From UHGV virus genome UHGV-0045959: DNA of 23,790 nucleotides. One strand, given 5' to 3'. Positions 1 through 6,326 of the stretch are shown here, piece by piece. The position numbers and the translations under genes were made by a program. Below the pieces are notes generated by a model. That model searched no databases. It was not told where the DNA came from and worked only from the letters and a program-made list of their open reading frames with translations. The stretch comes from a virus. Position 1 is the stretch's first letter; the number at the start of each line of letters is the position of its first letter.

Positions 1-52
1 TAAACCCTGTTTTCCTTGCCATAGACACCATCCCTGTCTTCCCCCCCCCCCC

Positions 53-112
53 NNNNNNNNNNNNNNNNNNNNNNNNNNNNNNNNNNNNNNNNNNNNNNNN
101 NNNNNNNNNNNN
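53..112. other. assembly gap (run of N)
   Basis: 60 consecutive N, flanked by a 12-nt C run (41..52) and a 7-nt G run plus 8-nt T run (113..127). Confidence 0.99.
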
Positions 113-212
113 GGGGGGGTTTTTTTTATCAATTACTTACATGCAATCAAAAGTAAAAACAGGTACTTATCGAAAGCTGTAAGGGTTTGGAGCGGTTTCA
201 AAATTTCTTGAG

Positions 213-233
213 TGTGGACACTATGTGGACACT
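213..233. repeat. tandem 10-bp direct repeat TGTGGACACT x2, candidate integrase arm-type binding sites
   Basis: Exact 10-bp repeat at 213..222 and 224..233, 14 bp downstream of the int stop, where the att arm of a P2-type phage lies. Function is inferred from position. Confidence 0.4.
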
Positions 234-246
234 CAGAGGGGGAAAT

Positions 247-1227
247 TTATAACGTCACTCCGCCTTTTAGTGGATTCAGAGCGACGGCATTTTGCAGATA
301 GTCAGGCGCAAGGTGCGCATAGGCCATCGTCTGCTGAATGCTCGCATGTCCCAGAATCTGTTGCAGTGCGATTATATTGCCCCCATTCATCATGAAATGG
401 CTTGCGAATGTATGCCGCAGGATGTGGGTTGCCTGATTGGGTGGTATATCAGGTTTCACTCTGCGTAAAATCCCGCAAAATTTCTCATAATCAACTTTGA
501 ATAATTTGGCGCTGGCCTCCTCTTTAACTTTTTTCTCCAGTTCCTCAGAAATCGGCACGGTTCGCTTTTTACCGTTTTTGGTTTTCAGGAAGGTAACCCT
601 GCAATTTGTAATCTGTGCTGGTTTTAGCGTGGCAACTTCCGTCCATCTTCCTCCGGTGCTCAGACATAAAAGCGCGACAAGTAAGTCATCACCAGCCAAA
701 ACATTTAACAGTTTTTCGATTTCTGCTTTTTCCAGGAACGTCATTTCAGGGTTGGCCTCCGCCAGTGGCGGCAGTCCGTGAATTGGGTGTTGCCCGGAAA
801 ATTCATCCAATTGAATTAATTTTGTGAACATGCCGGATAATCGGTACATGTCACGGTTTATCGTTGCGGCACTGATACCATCACGTAGTCGCATGGAACG
901 ATAATCCATCAAAGCCCTTTTGCTCATCCTGCTCACTGGTATATCACCTATGCCGCTGATGGTTTTGAGTAGATGATTAAACTCTTTTGTTCCATGCTCG
1001 TGGTTTTGCCCGTGATATTTCCACCAGATGTCCAGCAACTCACTCAAAGTCCGGCGGTCTGCTCGCTGGCCTCCCCATTCTTTCTGACTGGCATTGGCGA
1101 TTGTGTATCGCTCAAATGCTAGTGCTTCAGCTTTTCTTTCGAATTTCCTGCGGATGCGTTTTCCGTCGCGACCGCGAGGTCTAATGTCCACTTCATAGCG
1201 ACCATCATCGAGCTTCTTAATTGCCAT
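247..1227 (-). CDS. int: tyrosine integrase (P2 Int family)
   Basis: ORF 247..1257; probable start at the internal MAIKKLDDGRYEV (about 326 aa). C-terminal catalytic region ATHILRHTFASHF...LGHASIQQTMAYAH shows the H-x-x-R...Y pattern of tyrosine recombinases. Lies at the edge of the phage next to the repressor. Confidence 0.9.
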   Translation of the reverse strand: MAIKKLDDGRYEVDIRPRGRDGKRIRRKFERKAEALAFERYTIANASQKEWGGQRADRRTLSELLDIWWKYHGQNHEHGTKEFNHLLKTISGIGDIPVSRMSKRALMDYRSMRLRDGISAATINRDMYRLSGMFTKLIQLDEFSGQHPIHGLPPLAEANPEMTFLEKAEIEKLLNVLAGDDLLVALLCLSTGGRWTEVATLKPAQITNCRVTFLKTKNGKKRTVPISEELEKKVKEEASAKLFKVDYEKFCGILRRVKPDIPPNQATHILRHTFASHFMMNGGNIIALQQILGHASIQQTMAYAHLAPDYLQNAVALNPLKGGVTL

Positions 1228-1296
1228 AAGAAAGCCCTCCGGCGCTGTATTCACCATCTTGGTAGCAAATGGTGAAAATGTAATCTTTATATAGAG

Positions 1297-1590
1297 TTAG
1301 CCAATCCTTTTCGCGGAGTGGTTGGACTCTGTTGACTCTGGCCCAATGTGCGCGAGAGCCGGTGCGATTTGTCCTGCGTCCGGCGCGGTTTTATCTGTCA
1401 TAAGCCATAGAGCATATTTTTGGAATGTGGGATGCATAGTGATTTTTAGCAAAGCTGTGCCACCGGGTTCAAAGTTTCCTCCTTCATATTTTTTAAGTGT
1501 GCTTAGCGGTAACTCTATGATTTCACAGAATTTTGATTGGCTTAGCCCTTCAGCCTCACGCAAGGCCTTAATCTTTTCGCTTAATTTCAT
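1297..1590 (-). CDS. C: immunity repressor (P2 C-like, 97 aa)
   Basis: Small HTH-like protein (LSQSKFCEIIELPLSTLKKYE) upstream of and co-oriented with int, divergent from cox; C-terminus QIAPALAHIGPE resembles the P2 C repressor. Confidence 0.8.
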   Translation of the reverse strand: MKLSEKIKALREAEGLSQSKFCEIIELPLSTLKKYEGGNFEPGGTALLKITMHPTFQKYALWLMTDKTAPDAGQIAPALAHIGPESTESNHSAKRIG

Positions 1591-1711
1591 TTGACATGGT
1601 GCCTATATAGGGACTAAATTCCCTCAAAACTGGAACCTATATAGGTTCCATTGATTTGAGAATAAACCAGCATCTAAACGGTTTTGAGTGGTTTAGAAAG
1701 GGCTGGATCCT
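1591..1711. promoter_or_regulatory. divergent early/repressor promoter-operator region (Pe/Pc-like)
   Basis: Perfect -35 hexamer TTGACA at 1591..1596 on the + strand just beyond the C start codon; 10-bp palindrome CCTATATAGG at 1602..1611 and 18-bp perfect palindrome GGAACCTATATAGGTTCC at 1632..1649. Confidence 0.6.
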
Positions 1712-1726
1712 ATGAGGGTACCATAT

Positions 1727-1999
1727 ATGGACGCTGAAAATTATGTGATTCAGTATCCGCTTGATGCGGTTCATGTGGATAAATTTGCTGATTTATTAGG
1801 GAAGCCAAAGACAGCCGTCAGTGAAATGGTGAAGGCAAATAAATTACCAATTATTGAATTGCGTGATCCTTGCAAACCGAAGGCTCGTGCCGGTGAAAAA
1901 TGGGTTTTCATTCCTGAGTTTAATCGCGCTGTACGTGAGGCGTTTTATAACCGACCGGTTGAACAGCGTGATGCATGGCTTTTGTGGATGGGGTTGTGA
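1727..1999 (+). CDS. cox: Cox-like excisionase / transcriptional regulator
   Basis: ORF 1712..1999; GAGGG Shine-Dalgarno 8 nt before the ATG at 1727 gives about 90 aa. First gene of the rightward early operon; C-terminus DAWLLWMGL as in P2 Cox. Confidence 0.75.
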   Translation: MDAENYVIQYPLDAVHVDKFADLLGKPKTAVSEMVKANKLPIIELRDPCKPKARAGEKWVFIPEFNRAVREAFYNRPVEQRDAWLLWMGL

Positions 2000-2001
2000 T
2001 T

Positions 2002-2172
2002 ATGAATGAGCCGCGTTGTATTGCTCAGTTATTGCGTAACGAAAGCCCCAGGGCGATTGACTTCACCATCACCCACGGTAAGGGGCGTAAGGGAATCATT
2101 ATCCGCACCAAAAAACAGAGTCCGTTAAAAAAGGCTCTGACCTTTCTGAAAAGCCGGAGGGTATGGAAATGA
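2002..2172 (+). CDS. hypothetical small early protein (P2 orf78 position)
   Basis: ORF 1975..2172 trimmed to the ATG at 2002 after the cox stop; basic 56-aa product; overlaps the B start. Confidence 0.45.
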   Translation: MNEPRCIAQLLRNESPRAIDFTITHGKGRKGIIIRTKKQSPLKKALTFLKSRRVWK

Positions 2173-2669
2173 CAGTGATGACGCTCAATCTCGTTGAAAA
2201 ACAGCCAGCAGCTATGCGCCGGATAATTGGCAAGCATCTTGCCGTCCCTCGCTGGCAGGATACATGTGATTATTATAATCAGATGATGGAGCGCGAACGG
2301 CTAACGGTTTGCTTTCATGCACAGTTAAAACAGCGTCACGCAACGATGCGTTTTGAAGAAATGAACGACGTCGAACGTGAACGACTGGTTTGTGCAATTG
2401 ATGAATTGCGTGGCGCATTCTCAAAACGCCGTCAGGTCGGCGCAAGTGAGTATGCATATATTAGTTTTTTAACAGTCAGTCAGCGTCGTACTTTATTTAT
2501 GCATGCGGGATTGACAGAAAAAGAATTCAATCAGCCGTACTGGCGAATTAATGAAGAATCATGTTACTGGCGTGATGCTTTATTCCGTGCATTACGTGAA
2601 TTATTCAGTCTGTTTGAGTATGCACCGACAATTCTGACGTCGGTAAAACCAGAGCAATATCTGCATTAA
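2163..2669 (+). CDS. B: replication protein B-like (helicase-loader accessory)
   Basis: 168-aa ORF at the P2 B position between cox and the small-ORF cluster; size matches P2 B (about 166 aa). Alternative start at 2169. Confidence 0.65.
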   Translation: MEMTVMTLNLVEKQPAAMRRIIGKHLAVPRWQDTCDYYNQMMERERLTVCFHAQLKQRHATMRFEEMNDVERERLVCAIDELRGAFSKRRQVGASEYAYISFLTVSQRRTLFMHAGLTEKEFNQPYWRINEESCYWRDALFRALRELFSLFEYAPTILTSVKPEQYLH

Positions 2670-2732
2670 ATAATTAACCAGAGTTTTTAACGCACTTAAT
2701 CGTGCGGGGCTTCTTTTTGCCTGGAGAAAGTC

Positions 2733-2957
2733 ATGCATACAGTTTCTGAAAATCAGTGCGGTAAATACGCATTACTGCTGCAACAGGCCAGAACCGAAGC
2801 ACAGGCCGACGCTGCGACGCGCTTTTCTTCTCATCTTGACGCCATGATTCGCCACATCACAAAGGCGGAGTTATCCCGCGTGGAGATAGTTGAGCTGCTC
2901 AGTCAGGAGTCGGAAAAATTTCACAATATCGGATTGTCTCGCGGGGAGGTGCTTTGA
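2733..2957 (+). CDS. hypothetical early protein (74 aa)
   Basis: ORF with stop overlapping the next start (ATGA at 2954..2957), so likely translationally coupled; P2 orf80-83 region. Confidence 0.55.
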   Translation: MHTVSENQCGKYALLLQQARTEAQADAATRFSSHLDAMIRHITKAELSRVEIVELLSQESEKFHNIGLSRGEVL

Positions 2958-3259
2958 TGTCCTGTTCTCGTTCGGTTGTATTACTGAATAACGCCTTAAA
3001 AATCGCCGTTATGAAAAATGGTGATTTGTCTCTTATTCAACTTGGTATTGATAAAGAGAAGCGCGAAATAACTGAATCTGTTATCGCGATTTATCAGAGT
3101 GAATTAAACCTCCTGTCTGATGTGGTCAATTTACTTGTTAAACGCGCTGTATTCCACAAGCAAATTTCCTCAGTGGATGAACTGACAAAATTAACGACAG
3201 AACTCGCCAGTTATTGCGCTGATGAATTTAAGAAGCTGAACGACAAAAGGAGCTGGTAA
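2954..3259 (+). CDS. hypothetical early protein (101 aa)
   Basis: Coupled ORF; stop TAA overlaps the next ATG (TAATG at 3257..3261). Confidence 0.55.
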   Translation: MMSCSRSVVLLNNALKIAVMKNGDLSLIQLGIDKEKREITESVIAIYQSELNLLSDVVNLLVKRAVFHKQISSVDELTKLTTELASYCADEFKKLNDKRSW

Positions 3260-3483
3260 TGCCGGACAACGTGGATTTTATTCAGGAACAACAGGCTGAA
3301 TTACTGGAGCGCCAGATTAACGCGGCAAGGGTAAAACATTGCGGTGTTTCTGCGCTGGTTTGCGAAGAGTGTGACGCGCCAATACCTGCTGCCCGTCGTG
3401 CGGCTTATCCGTCAGCCACGCGTTGTGTTTCCTGTCAGTCAGTCTTTGAAGCAAAAAACAAACATTACCGGAGAACGGCATGA
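3259..3483 (+). CDS. C4-type zinc-finger protein (TraR/DksA-like)
   Basis: Two Cys pairs, C-x2-C (CEEC) then C-x2-C (CVSC) about 20 residues apart, in a 74-aa product: HCGVSALVCEECDAPIP...ATRCVSCQSVFE. Confidence 0.7.
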   Translation: MPDNVDFIQEQQAELLERQINAARVKHCGVSALVCEECDAPIPAARRAAYPSATRCVSCQSVFEAKNKHYRRTA

Positions 3484-3755
3484 GTATTCGTATTGAAATT
3501 GGCGAACGTTATGTCGTTACCAGTGACAGCTTTCAGTTTATTCTCCACGAGAAAAAGAGAGCGGAAAGCGGTAAAAACGCCGGTCAGGAATGGCTGGCGG
3601 TGGTTGGTTATTACCCGAAATTAGGCCAGCTCGTTTCCGGCCTGATGCATCACGATATTCTGACCGGAAGCGCAAAATCTTTTGCTGATTTAAACGCGCA
3701 GGTTGAGCAACTCAGCAAGCGTTGTTCAGAGGCTTTTGGCTCATATGGCCGTTAA
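3480..3755 (+). CDS. hypothetical early protein (91 aa)
   Basis: ATGA overlap with the preceding ORF at 3480..3483; its 3' end overlaps the A start. Confidence 0.55.
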   Translation: MSIRIEIGERYVVTSDSFQFILHEKKRAESGKNAGQEWLAVVGYYPKLGQLVSGLMHHDILTGSAKSFADLNAQVEQLSKRCSEAFGSYGR

Positions 3756-6024
3756 AGCCTCCGGGCGTTTTGTCCCTCCGTCAGCATTTACCGCAGGCAC
3801 CGGTAAGGCGTTTACCGGTGCTTATGCATGGAACGCGCCACGCGAGGCTGTCGGGCGCGAAAGACCTCTTACACGTGACGAGATGCGTCAGGTGCAAGGT
3901 GTTTTATCCACGATTAACCGCCTGCCTTACTTTTTGCGCTCGCTGTTTACTTCACGCTATGACTACATCCGGCGCAATAAAAGCCCGGTGCACGGGTTTT
4001 ATTTCCTCACATCTACTTTTCAGCGTCGTTTATGGCCGCGCATTGAGCGTGTGAATCAGCGCCATGAAATGAACACCGACGCGTCGTTGCTGTTTCTGGC
4101 AGAGCGTGACCACTATGCGCGCCTGCCGGGAATGAATGACAAGGAGCTGAAAAAGTTTGCCGCCCGTATCTCATCGCAGCTTTTCATGATGTATGAGGAA
4201 CTCTGCGATGCATGGGTTGATGCGCATGGTGAAAAAGAATCGCTGTTTACGGATGAGGCGCAGGCTCACCTGTATGGTCATGTTGCTGGCGCTGCACGTG
4301 CTTTCAATATTTCCCCGCTCTACTGGAAAAAATACCGTAAAGGACAGATGACCACGAGGCAGGCATATTCTGCCATTGCCCGCCTGTTTAACGATGAGTG
4401 GTGGACTCATCAGCTTAAAGGCCAGCGTATGCGCTGGCATGAGGCGTTACTGATAGCTGTCGGGGAGGTCAATAAAGACCGTTCTCCTTATGCCAGTAAA
4501 CACGCCATTCGTGATGTGCGTGCGCGCCGCCAGGCAAATCTGGAATTTCTTAAATCGTGTGACCTTGAAAACAGGGAAACCGGCGAGCGCATCGACCTTA
4601 TCAGTAAGGTGATGGGCAGTATTTCTAATCCTGAAATTCGCCGGATGGAGCTGATGAACACCATTGCCGGTATTGAGCGTTACGCCGCCGCAGAGGGTGA
4701 TGTGGGGATGTTTATCACGCTGACCGCGCCGTCAAAGTATCACCCGACACGTCAGGTCGGAAAAGGCGAAAGTAAAACCGTTCAGCTTAATCACGGCTGG
4801 AACGATGAGGCATTTAATCCAAAGGATGCGCAGCGTTATCTCTGCCGTATCTGGAGCCTGATGCGCACGGCATTCAAGGATAATGATTTACAGGTCTACG
4901 GTTTGCGAGTCGTCGAGCCACACCACGACGGAACGCCGCACTGGCATATGATGCTTTTTTGTCATCCACGCCAGCGTAACCAGATTATCGAAATCATGCG
5001 TCGCTATGCGCTCAAAGAGGATGGCGACGAAAGAGGAGCCGCGCGAAACCGTTTTCAGGCAAAACACCTTAACCGGGGCGGTGCTGCGGGATATATCGCG
5101 AAATACATTTCAAAAAACATCGACGGCTATGCACTGGATGGTCAGCTCGATAACGACACCGGCAGGCCGCTGAAAGACACTGCAGCGGCTGTTACCGCAT
5201 GGGCGTCAACGTGGCGCATTCCGCAATTTAAAACGGTTGGCCTGCCGACAATGGGGGCTTACCGTGAACTACGCAAATTGCCTCGCGGCGTCAGCATTGC
5301 TGATGAGTTTGACGAGCGCGTCGAGGCTGCACGCGCCGCCGCAGACAGTGGTGATTTTGCGCTGTATATCAGCGCGCAGGGCGGGGCAAATGTCCCGCGC
5401 GATTGTCAGACTGTCAGGGTCGCCCGTAGTCTGTCGGATGACGTTAACGAGTACGAGGAAGAAGTCGAGAGAGTGGTCGGCATTTACGCGCCGCATCTCG
5501 GCGCGCGTCATATTCATATCACCAGAACGACGGACTGGCGCATTGTGCCGAAAGTTCCGGTCGTTGAGCCTTTGACTTTAAAAAGCGGCATCGCCGCGCC
5601 TCGGAGTCCTGTCAATAACTGTGGAAAGCTCACCGGTGGTGATACTTCGTTACCGGCTCCCACACCTTCTGAGCACGCCGCAGCAGTGCTAAATCTGGTT
5701 GATGACGGTGTTATCGAATGGAATGACCCGGAGGTCGTGAGGGCGCTCAGGGGTGCATTAAAACACGGTCGGAGAACGCCAGGTCGTCAGCAAAGAAACG
5801 GAAGCCCGTTAAAACCACATGAAATTGCACCATCGGCCAGACTGACCCGGTCTGAACGATTGCAAATCACCCGTATCCGTGTTGACCTTGCTCAAAACGG
5901 TATCAGGCCGCAGCGATGGGAGCTTGAGGCGTTAGTACGCGGTGCGATCGTCAATTACAATGAAAAGCAATTTTCATATCCTAGTGTAGATGAGTGGAGT
6001 GGGTTTTCTGGTTATTCAGAGTAA
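3745..6024 (+). CDS. A: rolling-circle replication initiator endonuclease (P2 A family)
   Basis: ORF 3703..6024; likely start at the in-frame ATG 3745 (MAVKASGRF) just before the upstream stop. Contains the HWHMMLF-type motif and GYIAKYISKN segment typical of P2 A-like initiators; about 760 aa. Confidence 0.9.
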   Translation: MAVKASGRFVPPSAFTAGTGKAFTGAYAWNAPREAVGRERPLTRDEMRQVQGVLSTINRLPYFLRSLFTSRYDYIRRNKSPVHGFYFLTSTFQRRLWPRIERVNQRHEMNTDASLLFLAERDHYARLPGMNDKELKKFAARISSQLFMMYEELCDAWVDAHGEKESLFTDEAQAHLYGHVAGAARAFNISPLYWKKYRKGQMTTRQAYSAIARLFNDEWWTHQLKGQRMRWHEALLIAVGEVNKDRSPYASKHAIRDVRARRQANLEFLKSCDLENRETGERIDLISKVMGSISNPEIRRMELMNTIAGIERYAAAEGDVGMFITLTAPSKYHPTRQVGKGESKTVQLNHGWNDEAFNPKDAQRYLCRIWSLMRTAFKDNDLQVYGLRVVEPHHDGTPHWHMMLFCHPRQRNQIIEIMRRYALKEDGDERGAARNRFQAKHLNRGGAAGYIAKYISKNIDGYALDGQLDNDTGRPLKDTAAAVTAWASTWRIPQFKTVGLPTMGAYRELRKLPRGVSIADEFDERVEAARAAADSGDFALYISAQGGANVPRDCQTVRVARSLSDDVNEYEEEVERVVGIYAPHLGARHIHITRTTDWRIVPKVPVVEPLTLKSGIAAPRSPVNNCGKLTGGDTSLPAPTPSEHAAAVLNLVDDGVIEWNDPEVVRALRGALKHGRRTPGRQQRNGSPLKPHEIAPSARLTRSERLQITRIRVDLAQNGIRPQRWELEALVRGAIVNYNEKQFSYPSVDEWSGFSGYSE

Positions 6025-6233
6025 TAAACATAATGTTTTAGATTGGTTGCATAATGGTAAGGTTGCTGTTTATCTGTATATGTTAATATGATTACGCTAC
6101 GTACAAACAATCGACATTTCTTTTTTTCTATATATTAATATTGATGATTTTACTGGTGGTACAATAAGTCTATGTTGAAATTCGAGAATTGTATTATTAA
6201 CAATAAAAACTGGTTCTTTTTATTATACAAGGA

Positions 6234-6315
6234 NNNNNNNNNNNNNNNNNNNNNNNNNNNNNNNNNNNNNNNNNNNNNNNNNNNNNNNNNNNNNNNNNNN
6301 NNNNNNNNNNNNNNN
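6234..6315. other. assembly gap (run of N) inside the A-cos cargo island
   Basis: 82 consecutive N; the stop codon of the 827-aa gene lies 11 nt to its right. Confidence 0.99.
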
Positions 6316-6326
6316 TCTTTTACTGT

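Noticed and set aside
497-827. ORFs 497..781 and 615..827 on the + strand inside the integrase gene
   Set aside because: Antisense to a well-supported integrase CDS, with low-complexity Ser/Pro-rich translations and no start context; typical shadow ORFs.
3703-3744. Upstream extension of the A ORF (start at 3703)
   Set aside because: It would overlap most of the preceding coupled ORF; the in-frame ATG at 3745 gives the P2 A-like N-terminus MAVKASGRF, so the shorter start is preferred.
3722-4054. 110-aa + strand ORF overlapping the 5' part of A in another frame
   Set aside because: Fully nested in the A gene with a Cys/Arg-rich, compositionally odd product; most likely a frame shadow.
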